Shown here: in pieces, positions 28,911 to 39,151 of the stretch | Position numbering within the stretch: the first letter of the stretch is position 1 | Layout: each line of letters opens with the position of its first letter | Assembly: GCA_015057835.1 (NCBI GenBank) | Contig: SVDL01000002.1 | Coordinates: 26,103 to 90,102, forward strand | Direction: 5' to 3' | Length of the DNA: 64,000 bases | Source: Lachnospiraceae bacterium | GTDB lineage: Bacteria; Bacillota; Clostridia; Lachnospirales; Lachnospiraceae | Translations under genes and position numbers: made by a program | Notes under the pieces: generated by a model | The model's input: the letters and a program-made list of their open reading frames with translations, nothing else | What the model was told of the DNA's origin: nothing | Database searches by the model: none

Positions 28911-29951
28911 ATGGCAGAACACGCATATCTCAAATGGTTTGCAACTCAGACACCGGCTAAATACTGGCACGATTCCGCAATCCGCGCGGAGCAGCTCGAA
29001 GCGTTCGGAAACGGCGCTGTCGGCATGACCACCAACCCGTTCCTGATCCAGGCAACTCTGAACAGCGACCGCGCTTTCTGGGCAGAGAAGCTTGAGAAGT
29101 TCCCGAAAGACCTCAAGGGCGATGAAAAGGCTATGGAACTCATCCGCCTGGTCACCGGATATTATCTTGAAGAAGCTAAGCCGATCTTTGAAAAAGGCGT
29201 CGAGGGCGAAGGCTACATCTGCGCACAGACCAGCCCGCTGCACTGCGGCGATGATGAATTCATGATTGACCAGGTCAAATATTACGGCACATGGGCTCCG
29301 AACCTTACCATCAAAGTTCCGGCGACCAAGGCCGGCATCACCGCTTACGAAGAAGGCGTAGCGATGGGCTTCAACATGGCTGCTACCGTCAGCTTCACCG
29401 TTCCGCAGGTCATCGCTGTTGCGGAAGCTGCAGAGCGCGGCAAAAAGAGAGCCGAAGCTGCAGGCATTAAGCCGGGTCTCACCTGCGCCGTTATCATGGC
29501 AGGCCGCCTTGACGACTATCTCCGCGACGTCGCGCACGACAGCAAAGCGAACGTCTCCGAGAGCGACATCACCCAGGCCGGTATTGCCGTCATGAAGAAA
29601 TCCTACAAGATCTTCAACGAGAAGGGCTACAGCACATGGATCCTGCCGGCAGGCCTCCGCGGCGCAAACCAGGTCTATGAGATGGCCGGCGCGAAGATGA
29701 TCTTCTCGATCGCTCCGAAGATCGCCAAACTCGTTGATCCGAATGCTCCGCAGGAAGAGCGCGTGAACATCCCGGTAGAGCAGGATGTCATCGACCGTCT
29801 TCTCACCATGCCGGAATTCCGCAAAGCTTTCCTCACCGAGGAAGAGGGCGGCATGAAGCAGGAAGAGTTCATGACCTTCGGTTCCACGAACCGCACGATC
29901 GACCAGTTCATCAACGACGGCTGGAACAACCTGACGGGCTTCAAGTTCTGA
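28911..29951 (+). CDS. Transaldolase-family protein (divergent)
   Basis: WHDSA, TTNP, IKVPAT (Schiff-base Lys) and AGRLDD motifs. Confidence 0.85.
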   Translation: MAEHAYLKWFATQTPAKYWHDSAIRAEQLEAFGNGAVGMTTNPFLIQATLNSDRAFWAEKLEKFPKDLKGDEKAMELIRLVTGYYLEEAKPIFEKGVEGEGYICAQTSPLHCGDDEFMIDQVKYYGTWAPNLTIKVPATKAGITAYEEGVAMGFNMAATVSFTVPQVIAVAEAAERGKKRAEAAGIKPGLTCAVIMAGRLDDYLRDVAHDSKANVSESDITQAGIAVMKKSYKIFNEKGYSTWILPAGLRGANQVYEMAGAKMIFSIAPKIAKLVDPNAPQEERVNIPVEQDVIDRLLTMPEFRKAFLTEEEGGMKQEEFMTFGSTNRTIDQFINDGWNNLTGFKF

Positions 29952-29992
29952 TAGAACTTCCTGACAGAATAAAGCTGAATAAAACCAATAAT

Positions 29993-30024
29993 AAGAACCG
30001 CTCCGGATTTCCGGAGCGGTTCTT
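29993..30024. terminator. Bidirectional intrinsic terminator
   Basis: AAGAACCGCTCCGG-ATTT-CCGGAGCGGTTCTT, perfect 14-bp stem. Confidence 0.85.
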
Positions 30025-30050
30025 TCGCATTTGTTTGTTGTTTTTAATTA

Positions 30051-31178
30051 TTACAGATCCAGCACGAGATCATACACCTCAGGGTTCAGCACTTTGATCG
30101 TGTCCATGTATTCGCCCATGAGCTCAAGGTTCTGGTCATATTCCAGCGGATAATGTTTGAGAAGGTTGAAGTACGCCCACGCCGAGTTGGAATCGGGATA
30201 GACGGTGGCCTTCAGGAAGTATTCCTTCGCGAGAGCGGAGTTAATATACAGTTTGCAGTACACTTTCCCGGCGGAGCAGCGGATCTCGCCGGTCTTGTAA
30301 AACAGCCCGAGCCGGTTGGCCGCGTACGGTTCATACTTATCCGCCGCGATGGTGAGATAATGGATATAGTTTTCGATCCGTCCGGAGAGTTCGGAAGCTC
30401 CGGCGCCCGGGGCCTGTGCCTCTTTGCCAAGGTTCTCGATCTTCCCGGCGCCCGTGTCCTCCGCCTCTCTGCTCAGCCGCACGATCTCTTCCGCCTCCGC
30501 GACAGCGAGATTGTTGCAGGCATAGACGTACCCCGCCTGTGCCGCTGCCCGGAAGTATTCCTTTGAGAGCGCGGCGCAGTCCTTACAGCTTTCGCATTTT
30601 CCGGTCGTCAGTTCCAGGGTGGAAAATGTCCGCGCGGCAGCATTTTCCCGAACGAGAGACTCGAGCTCCCGGTACAGTTCTTCGTTTCCGGCGATCTCGG
30701 CGAGAATGCGTCCGACCAGATTAACGGCCTCCGACGCGCCGGTATAATCGATGCAGGAGATCGCAAGCTCAAGCGCGGTCCCGAACCGCCCGGAAAGCGT
30801 CATTCCGTCGATCAGCGGGATCTCTTCACAGGTGCGCAGGAATGAATCCCGGTGATAATTCACAAGGTAGTAGCCGACGGACCAGAAAGAGAGCGGAAAT
30901 GCGGCCGCCCCGCACTCCCAGGAGCCGTCCTCCCGGATCGCAATGGCCGCGGCTTTCATGTAGAGATCGAACGCGTCGCGGTACGGATCCCTGCGGAGGA
31001 TCTTTTTATAGAAAATAAGATCGCCGAAAAGCTTGGAGGCGACGGTATTTCCGGCGTCGGACATGCACAGGACTTCGCGCTCCGCGCTCGGAGAAAAAAC
31101 GCCTACCCGCGCGACGATCTGTTCGCTGTAATCCTTCAGGAAAGTGAGATAGCTGCTGTCACATTGAAAGCGGTTCAT
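30051..31178 (-). CDS. Hypothetical helical protein with Sel1-like repeats
   Basis: AAQAGYVYACNNLA, YAANRLGLFYKTG and SAWAYFNL segments. Confidence 0.6.
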   Translation of the reverse strand: MNRFQCDSSYLTFLKDYSEQIVARVGVFSPSAEREVLCMSDAGNTVASKLFGDLIFYKKILRRDPYRDAFDLYMKAAAIAIREDGSWECGAAAFPLSFWSVGYYLVNYHRDSFLRTCEEIPLIDGMTLSGRFGTALELAISCIDYTGASEAVNLVGRILAEIAGNEELYRELESLVRENAAARTFSTLELTTGKCESCKDCAALSKEYFRAAAQAGYVYACNNLAVAEAEEIVRLSREAEDTGAGKIENLGKEAQAPGAGASELSGRIENYIHYLTIAADKYEPYAANRLGLFYKTGEIRCSAGKVYCKLYINSALAKEYFLKATVYPDSNSAWAYFNLLKHYPLEYDQNLELMGEYMDTIKVLNPEVYDLVLDL

Positions 31179-31377
31179 TTCTGTTTCCTCTCTGAAAGGC
31201 AGTGGTTTTTCACTGCATAGTTCTTATTTTCCGACTGCTCCGGAATTCTCCGGCAGACGGAAATCTTTCCTAATTATAGATTCACGGACACTTATTTTCA
31301 ATATGCCGCTCCGGATAAGATATTTCGGGACGCGTGAGGACAGGTATATGCATAAAAAGCGGCTCCCGGAAACAGTC

Positions 31378-31407
31378 TTGACATTTGAGAAGTTCCGCGG
31401 CTATAGT
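31378..31407 (+). promoter_or_regulatory. Candidate sigma70 promoter for the M32 peptidase
   Basis: TTGACA-18 nt-TATAGT. Confidence 0.5.
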
Positions 31408-31530
31408 CATTTTCGTAAAGAGAAGGGCATTTTATGAGGACAGCGCGGAAGATCTGTCTCATAAAGAACAGACCTTCATGCGAACAGCAGGGATAACTGT
31501 CGCAGAAGAACTGCCGGGAGGAGCGCAGCC

Positions 31531-33126
31531 GTGACAAGAGAGGAAAAATGGCAGAAATACTGTGAATGGAGAGAGAGGCTGAATGCCTTCGGAACAGCGC
31601 TGATCATCACAAGACTGGACAACGATTCCGCTCCTGTTCTCGGCAGAACATACCGCACCGAAATGCGGACGATCCTCGCCGGAGAATATGAACGGCTGAA
31701 GCGGGACGATTCGATTTATGAGATCCTGCTTTCTCTTAAGGAAGAGGCTCTCACAGAGGAACGGGATGCGGGCAGGGAAGAAGCTGCCGAGATCCTTCTC
31801 AGGCTTGCGCAGATGGAGAAAGACCGCGCGGTTCCGGCGGAAAAAGCGCTGGAATACGCTGCGATCCTTGACGAATCGGTCAGGGCCTGGCTTGCCGGAA
31901 AAGCGGAAGGAAAGGCGGCAGATTATAAAGCGTATGCGCCTTATCTTGATGCGCTGATCGGCTCTTATAAGGAAATCACGGCGCTGAAAGCAGGTGCCAT
32001 TAACCAAAAGAAATCTTTGCAGATTACCGGAACACAGGAAACCGCTATAACGGACGGAGCGCTGACTCGTGAATCTCTCTACGATTACATGCTCGATGAG
32101 CACCAGCCGGGCTGGAACCGGGACCGCTATGACCGCTTCTTCGCCGGAATGAAGAACCGCATCGTACCTCTTCTGCAGGAGATCAAGGAGGCGGAACCCG
32201 TCCCGGAGGAATTCCTGCACCGGGGTTTTCCGGCGGAGCAGCAGCGGATCTTCATGAGATGCGTAACGGAGTACATGAGATTTACCGATGACTGGGGAAG
32301 GCTGTCCGAGTCGGAACACCCGCTGACGACGCCGGTCTGCCGGGGAGATGTGCGTATTTCCACCAAATATCGCGAAAATAATCCCGTTCAGGCTGTTTTC
32401 TCGACCGTGCACGAGATCGGGCACGCTTATTATACGCATCATCTGGACGAGCGGTTTGAAGGGAAAATGATCGGTTACGCCATAAGCGCCGGCATGAACG
32501 AATCCCAGTCGCGTCTTACGGAGAATCATCTCGCCCGCTCGCGGGCTTTCTGGGAGGCGCTGTTCCCGGAAATGAAAGCGGTCTTTCCGGAGCAGCTGCG
32601 CGGGATCACGGCGGAGCAGCTCTGGCGCGCGGCAAATGCCGTCAAACCCTCCACGATCCGTACGGAAGCGGATGAAGTGACGTATCCGCTGCATATCATG
32701 ATCCGCTATGAGCTTGAAAAAGAGATGATGGACGGGTCTCTCCGCGCGGCGGATCTGGAAGAGGCCTGGAACGCGAAATATCAGGAATATATGGGTGTTT
32801 GTCCGGCAAATGCGGCGGAAGGGATCCTGCAGGACATGCATTGGTCGTACGCGTATTTCGGATATTTTCCGACGTATGCACTGGGAAGTGCGGCCGCGGC
32901 GCAGATATTTTCAAAAATGAGTGCGCAGATCGACGTGCCCGCCTGCCTTCGGGAAAACCGGGTCGACACGATCGAAGACTGGCTCGGCGAGCATGTGCAC
33001 AGGACCGGCGCGCTGTATTCTATGGAGGAGACCATCGCCCGAGCCTGCGGGGAGCCGTTTTCGGAGGAATATTATTTCCGGTATCTGGAAGAAAAATACA
33101 GAGAAATATATGGGCTGGCGCAATAA
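31531..33126 (+). CDS. Carboxypeptidase, M32 family
   Basis: SEHP, HEIGH, NESQS, IRTEADEVTYPLH, QDMHW and YFPTYALG motifs. Confidence 0.92.
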   Translation: MTREEKWQKYCEWRERLNAFGTALIITRLDNDSAPVLGRTYRTEMRTILAGEYERLKRDDSIYEILLSLKEEALTEERDAGREEAAEILLRLAQMEKDRAVPAEKALEYAAILDESVRAWLAGKAEGKAADYKAYAPYLDALIGSYKEITALKAGAINQKKSLQITGTQETAITDGALTRESLYDYMLDEHQPGWNRDRYDRFFAGMKNRIVPLLQEIKEAEPVPEEFLHRGFPAEQQRIFMRCVTEYMRFTDDWGRLSESEHPLTTPVCRGDVRISTKYRENNPVQAVFSTVHEIGHAYYTHHLDERFEGKMIGYAISAGMNESQSRLTENHLARSRAFWEALFPEMKAVFPEQLRGITAEQLWRAANAVKPSTIRTEADEVTYPLHIMIRYELEKEMMDGSLRAADLEEAWNAKYQEYMGVCPANAAEGILQDMHWSYAYFGYFPTYALGSAAAAQIFSKMSAQIDVPACLRENRVDTIEDWLGEHVHRTGALYSMEETIARACGEPFSEEYYFRYLEEKYREIYGLAQ

Positions 33127-33189
33127 ACCGGCGGAGGTATGCCCAAAGTGGAGAAAAACACACCTTGATTTCAATCCTTCAATGAAAAG

Positions 33190-33241
33190 CGCACGGAACC
33201 GGCGTCCCGTGCGATCTTTATTCTCTATGCAGCATTTCTGC
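33190..33241 (-). terminator. Terminator cassette after nadE (copy 1 of a ~53-bp repeat)
   Basis: CGCACGGAACCGGCGTCCCGTGCG hairpin followed by TTCTCTATGCAGCATTTCTGC. Confidence 0.65.
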
Positions 33242-33247
33242 CGGGTC

Positions 33248-34036
33248 TCAATCTTTCAGTGCGCGTTCAATATCCTCCGGCACATACTTCGGCATGAGGC
33301 GGAGCTTATGGAGATTGAGACGGTGCAGGCGGTCAATGCGCGCTTTTGTGGTCTCGTCTTCGCAGACGCCGGTGTTGATGTAGTCGGCGAGGGCAGCGTA
33401 TGTGAAGCCCAGTTTGTCTTCATCGGTGAGACCGCTGAGGCCGTCCGACGGAGCTTTGTAGAGGAGTTTGTCCGGGAGGCCGAGTTCCGCACCGATCTGC
33501 AGGACTTCATCCACAAGGAAAGAAGCGAGCGGGCTGAAATCACCGGCGGCATCGCCGTATTTGGTGGAGTAGCCGACGTAATCTTCGGAGAGATTGCAGG
33601 TGTTGACGACGCGGCCGCCTTCCGGCAGCATCTGTCCGACGGCGTAAAGGGTCGTCATGCGAAGACGGGGCGGCATATTGATGCCGGCGTCTTTCGAAAT
33701 GCCCTCAATACCGGTGATCGCGCGCAGTTCTTCGTTCGAGCTGAGCATCTCTTTCATTGCTTCACTGGCTTTACCGATGTTCAGCTCTACCGCCGGAATG
33801 CCGAGCGTTTCCACAAGAAGGCGCGAGTCGCTGATATCGCTCTGGACGCCGTCCGGCATGAGAACGCCGATGACGCGGTCTTTCCCCAGCGCTTCGGCAC
33901 AGAGGGCAGCGGTCACGCTGGAATCTTTTCCGCCGGAAATGCCGATCACGGCGCGGCAGGTCGGTCCGTTTTCTTTAAAATAGTCACGGATCCATGCGAC
34001 GATTTCATCTTTTGTTTTTTTCGGATCTTTCAGCAT
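33248..34036 (-). CDS. nadE: NH3-dependent NAD+ synthetase
   Basis: GISGGKDSSV, RLRM, LSEDYVGYSTKYGD, KAPSDGL and DEDKLGFTY motifs; start reset to MLKDPK after RBS GGAGG. Confidence 0.93.
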   Translation of the reverse strand: MLKDPKKTKDEIVAWIRDYFKENGPTCRAVIGISGGKDSSVTAALCAEALGKDRVIGVLMPDGVQSDISDSRLLVETLGIPAVELNIGKASEAMKEMLSSNEELRAITGIEGISKDAGINMPPRLRMTTLYAVGQMLPEGGRVVNTCNLSEDYVGYSTKYGDAAGDFSPLASFLVDEVLQIGAELGLPDKLLYKAPSDGLSGLTDEDKLGFTYAALADYINTGVCEDETTKARIDRLHRLNLHKLRLMPKYVPEDIERALKD

Positions 34037-34073
34037 ATTCTTGCCTCCATATTCAATGAACTTTTCAGAGGAA

Positions 34074-34436
34074 TCAGTACCCGAGTTTCTTAAGTTCCTC
34101 CTGCACAAAGATTCCTTTTGCGTTGCCTTTCTTTGCGGCGTAATGACTCCATTTCCGCGCTTTTTCGTAATTCGGCACGTCCTCAAATGTTCCGAGAAAA
34201 TATCCTTCCGCGATCTCGCCGGCAGCTTCCAGGTCTCCGACGGCTGCCCGGTCGATGAGATCGAAGAGCTTTTGTTTCTCAGGAGTGATGACGACCTCAT
34301 CCGGCACATCCTTCAGGGAAGAAACCGTTTTGGCAGAAGCGTTCTGCTCACTTTCCGCGCCGCTTCCGGCGGAGCGGAAATTCGCTGCGATACTGTTTTT
34401 TAAATAGTTATTTGCTGCTTTCTTACTGCTGTTCAT
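34074..34436 (-). CDS. Small protein with one Sel1-like repeat
   Basis: AAVGDLEAAGEIAEGYFLG...NYEKARKWSHYAAKKGNAKG. Confidence 0.6.
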   Translation of the reverse strand: MNSSKKAANNYLKNSIAANFRSAGSGAESEQNASAKTVSSLKDVPDEVVITPEKQKLFDLIDRAAVGDLEAAGEIAEGYFLGTFEDVPNYEKARKWSHYAAKKGNAKGIFVQEELKKLGY

Positions 34437-34627
34437 TTTTGATGGTTTTGTCCTTTATCGGAAGAAAAATGACCCCGGCTGCCGTGTGCTCTGCGGATTT
34501 TTCTATTCTTTGTTCAGACCCAGACACCGGCAATACGGAATACTCCGCACCCCTCCCGGGACCGGCGGTCACACAGTCATTATATATGGAGAAGGAAAAT
34601 TGTTCCATAGAAAAGAAGAAAAAAGAA

Positions 34628-34681
34628 CGCACGGAACTTCGGTTCCGTGCGAAATCATCATTCTATATGCAGCATTTCTGC
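34628..34681 (-). terminator. Terminator cassette after the radical SAM gene (copy 2)
   Basis: CGCACGGAACTTCGGTTCCGTGCG hairpin followed by TTCTATATGCAGCATTTCTGC. Confidence 0.65.
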
Positions 34682-34710
34682 TTTTGAAAAGCAGCTTGTG
34701 AAGTGATGCT

Positions 34711-34780
34711 GAGAGCCGCTTCACATCTCCCCGCGAAGCAAAACCGAGAGCTGCTTCACATCTCCCCGCGAAGCAGAGCC
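34711..34780. repeat. 35-bp tandem duplication including the radical SAM stop codon
   Basis: GAGAGC(C/T)GCTTCACATCTCCCCGCGAAGCA starts at 34711 and again at 34746. Confidence 0.85.
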
Positions 34781-35853
34781 TCGACCTGATCCCGCTTCTC
34801 GTGCAGGACGCATCCGCCGATGTGGTCATCCGCGAGGATCTCGCTGCTGCGCAGCGCCTCGAACAGCCTTGAGTGCATGGCTTCCCGAAGGGACGTGTCA
34901 CGCACGTTGATGTCGGAGTAGGGTGAGAACGGGCACGGCTCCGCGCCGCCGTGGGAATTGATGTGGAAAAATCCTCTGCCCGCCGCGACGCAGCCGCCGG
35001 ATTCCTTTTCATCTCCGGGGAAGGAAATGAAAACGATCTCCGGATATTCTTCCCGAAGGCGCATGATCTCATCGCTGAGGTATTTCTGTTCCTCTTCCGT
35101 GAGGGCGAGTTCCGTACTCTCGTCGGAGACGGGGACGTATTCGACGTAAATGACCGCGACACAGCCGCGCCTTTTCAGGCTGTCCAGGAATTCCGGAGAG
35201 GACACTTCTTTGATATTTTCCCTGGTCACGGTGACGGATGCGCCGAAGAAAAGGTGCCTGTCATGGAGTTTGTCCATGTTTTTGATGAGGACATTGTAAA
35301 TGCCTTTTCCCCGTCTTGCGTCCGTGACTTCTTCATTTCCTTCAATGCTCATGACCGGGAGAAGATTCCGGCAGCGGTCGAAGAGATCAAAATATTTTTC
35401 GTCCATAAACGTCCCGTTTGTGAGGATCGGGAACAGGATGTTCTGCATTTCGCCCGCTTTTTCGATGATATCCCTGCGAAGCAGCGGCTCGCCGCCCGCG
35501 AGAAGCACGAAACTCACGCCGAGTTCATCCGCCTCCCGGAAGATCTTAAACCATTCCTCTGCGGTCAGCTGCTGAACCGGAGCATCATCGACGGTGGCGT
35601 TATTGCAGCGGGAATAGCAGCCCGCGCAGTGCAGGTTGCAGCGGCTCGTGATGCTGCAGATGAGATAGGACGGGATGTGTTCGCCGGCCTTTTCAAGCTC
35701 TTCCCTGTGTTTGGACGCTTTGCGGCTCGCCGAGGCGAATTTTATCATAAAAGTGCTCTCGCGCGGATCGCGGAGCGTGGCCTTCAGCGCATCTTTGACG
35801 ACCTGTTCGACGCCCTGCGCGAGATATTCCTGGAGATCGAATTCTTCCTTCAT
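34756..35853 (-). CDS. Radical SAM protein with a SPASM/twitch-like C-terminus
   Basis: CNLHCAGC, GGEPLLR, CVAAGRGFFHIN...EPCPF and GGC motifs. Confidence 0.9.
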   Translation of the reverse strand: MKEEFDLQEYLAQGVEQVVKDALKATLRDPRESTFMIKFASASRKASKHREELEKAGEHIPSYLICSITSRCNLHCAGCYSRCNNATVDDAPVQQLTAEEWFKIFREADELGVSFVLLAGGEPLLRRDIIEKAGEMQNILFPILTNGTFMDEKYFDLFDRCRNLLPVMSIEGNEEVTDARRGKGIYNVLIKNMDKLHDRHLFFGASVTVTRENIKEVSSPEFLDSLKRRGCVAVIYVEYVPVSDESTELALTEEEQKYLSDEIMRLREEYPEIVFISFPGDEKESGGCVAAGRGFFHINSHGGAEPCPFSPYSDINVRDTSLREAMHSRLFEALRSSEILADDHIGGCVLHEKRDQVEALLRGEM

Positions 35854-36109
35854 ATTTTATTATTACCTGCAGACCCTTCTGATATTACTAAGGATACATC
35901 AGCAACACCTTATCACAAACTGTTATAGTGCGCAATGCACAGTTTGCCGGGCGGTATTTTATCAGGGGAAAATGCATTCGCCGGCCGGCAGTTCCATGAG
36001 AAACCCGGCATTGCAGGCCCCGGCAAAAAGGAAAATGTGTTAAAGATTGATTTCCATCCGAAAAAACCATATATTTAGATATATCAGAAAACAGAAGGAG
36101 AGACAGATT

Positions 36110-37219
36110 ATGGAGACCAGACCTTATGTTTCATGGGAACTCATGAATTCGTTCCTGATCGACGCTTTTAAGGCGTACGGCGTTCCGGAAGACGACGCGG
36201 CGATCTGTGCCGACGTGCTTCTTCAGTCCGACCGCTTCGGCATCGAGAGCCACGGCTGCAACCGCTTTAAGCCGATCTATATCGACAGGATCGTAAAAGG
36301 AACACTGAAACCCGTCACGGAGATCGAGATCGTCAAGGATACCCCGACCACCGTGGTCATCGACGCCCATGACGGCATGGGCATGGTCGCCAGCCATAAG
36401 ATGATGGAGATGCTGATCGAAAAGGCCGGAAAATACGGCATGGCCGGCGGCGCCATCCGGAATTCGACTCACTACGGCATTGCCGGATACTGGCCGCTCA
36501 TGGCGGTGAAGAAGGGCATGATCGGCATTACCGGGACGAACGCGAGACCGTCCATCGCGCCGACATTCGGCGTCGAAAATATGCTGGGCACGAATCCGCT
36601 GACATTTTCCATGCCGACGGATGAGGAATTTCCGTTCTTCCTCGACTGCGCGACGTCCATCGTGCAGCGCGGCAAGATCGAATACTACGCGCGCATAGGC
36701 AAAGACACGCCGGCGGGCATGGTCGTCTCAAGAAGCGGCGAAACGGTCACGGATTCCAATCAGATCCTGAAGGATCTCGTGGACGGAAATGCAGCCCTCG
36801 CGCCCCTTGGCGGAGGTCCGGGCGATGAGATGTGCGGATATAAGGGATACGGCTACGCGACCGTGGTGGAGATTCTTTCCGCGGCTCTCGCGGGAGGCCC
36901 GTTCATGAAAGCGCTGACCGGCGTCGATGAGAACGGCAATCCGCAGATGTATCATCTCGGACATTTCTTCTTTGTCATTAATCCGGAATTCTTCATGGGT
37001 CTCGATACCTTTAAGAAGATCGCAGGCGATATCTGCCGCGCGCTGCGCGCTTCCGCAAAGGCGCCGGGGTATGACCGGATCTATACGGCAGGCGAAAAAG
37101 AATTTATCATCTGGCAGGAGCGCCGGGAGAAGGGCGTCCCGGTCGGGGAAGCGGTCCAGAAGGAGATCCTGAAGGTCCGCGACGAGAAGAAGCTGCCGTA
37201 CACATTCCCGTTTGAATAA
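36110..37219 (+). CDS. Ldh_2-family oxidoreductase (type-2 malate/L-lactate dehydrogenase fold)
   Basis: SHG, DAHDGMG, NSTHYGIAGYW, GTNP, LDCATS and YKGYG motifs; start after RBS AAGGAG. Confidence 0.88.
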   Translation: METRPYVSWELMNSFLIDAFKAYGVPEDDAAICADVLLQSDRFGIESHGCNRFKPIYIDRIVKGTLKPVTEIEIVKDTPTTVVIDAHDGMGMVASHKMMEMLIEKAGKYGMAGGAIRNSTHYGIAGYWPLMAVKKGMIGITGTNARPSIAPTFGVENMLGTNPLTFSMPTDEEFPFFLDCATSIVQRGKIEYYARIGKDTPAGMVVSRSGETVTDSNQILKDLVDGNAALAPLGGGPGDEMCGYKGYGYATVVEILSAALAGGPFMKALTGVDENGNPQMYHLGHFFFVINPEFFMGLDTFKKIAGDICRALRASAKAPGYDRIYTAGEKEFIIWQERREKGVPVGEAVQKEILKVRDEKKLPYTFPFE

Positions 37220-37288
37220 AATCCTGTAAAGACGAAGCCGGCGGGTACGGTTGAATAAAATCCTGTAAAAATGAAGCCGGCGGGCATG
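37211..37288. repeat. 39-bp tandem duplication including the stop codon
   Basis: TTGAATAAAATCCTGTAAA(GAC/AAT)GAAGCCGGCGGG occurs twice, 39 bp apart. Confidence 0.85.
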
Positions 37289-37309
37289 GCTCCGGTGCGG
37301 GATCTGTCC

Positions 37310-37378
37310 GCGGGATGACAAAAATCTGCGGGATGACAAAATCTGCGGGATGACAAAATTTGCGGAATGACAAAAAAC
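37310..37378. repeat. Four tandem copies of a 17-18 bp unit
   Basis: GCGG(G/A)ATGACAAAA.. at 37310, 37328, 37345 and 37362. Confidence 0.9.
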
Positions 37379-37425
37379 GGATTGAACAACAATTGCTATA
37401 TAGAAACAAAAGGAGAAGCACTACC

Positions 37426-38588
<1,163 letters not shown>

Positions 38589-38598
<10 letters not shown>

Positions 38599-38692
38599 GG
38601 GATTTCTGCGCGGCGCGGATCTGAGGGATTTCAGCGCGGCGCGAATCTGAGGGATTTCTGCGCTGCAGGAATTTGAGAAATTCTGACGCAGC
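38589..38692. repeat. 26-bp tandem repeat (3 copies plus 1 degenerate) beginning in the last codons of malic enzyme
   Basis: GCG(G/A)ATCTGAGGGATTTC(T/A)GCGC(G/T)GC at 38589, 38615 and 38641. Confidence 0.88.
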
Positions 38693-38730
38693 AAGAATCT
38701 GAAAAATTCCCCCATCAGCGGAGAAAAGAG

Positions 38731-38964
38731 ATGTTTCTGAAAAGGGTACTTCGAAAAGAGAAAAAAGCAGCGAACGCATTTCCTTATGATCCTGCGCGCC
38801 ATACGGCGGTGATCCGGTGCAGCATTTGTACCGGTGAGCAGACGGCGGGATTTAAGGACAATGAGACCGGTGTATTTCATGAAGAGCGCCTGATCCGCGG
38901 AGAGGAAGATCTGGAGCAGTTCAAAGCGCAGTATCATCTTCAGGATATCAGAAAGGAATACTGA
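38731..38964 (+). CDS. Small conserved hypothetical protein
   Basis: IRCSICTGEQTAGFKD motif, which I recall from a small clostridial family. Confidence 0.7.
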   Translation: MFLKRVLRKEKKAANAFPYDPARHTAVIRCSICTGEQTAGFKDNETGVFHEERLIRGEEDLEQFKAQYHLQDIRKEY

Positions 38965-39010
38965 TCCGGCAGGAAGAAGTATGATTTGCAGGACGTGCCG
39001 GCTGGAGGAA

Positions 39011-39090
39011 AAAAGGTGCCTGCAGCCCGTAGAAAACAGGCCGGCTGGCGGAAAAGTGCCGGCAGCCAGGAGAAAACAGGCCGGTCGGAA
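39011..39090. repeat. Imperfect 40-bp tandem duplication
   Basis: GTGCC(T/G)GCAGCC...AGAAAACAGGCCGG; AGAAAACAGGCCGG at 39031 and 39071. Confidence 0.7.
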
Positions 39091-39151
39091 AACCGGATCC
39101 CGAAAAGCAGCATAAATGACCGCAGAAAATTACTGAGAAAGAGGAAATGAC

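Noticed and set aside
34037-34309. 91-aa N-terminal extension of NadE in the ORF track
   Set aside because: It overlaps the Sel1 gene; the real start with RBS GGAGG is at 34036. Similar over-extended starts were trimmed for several other genes.
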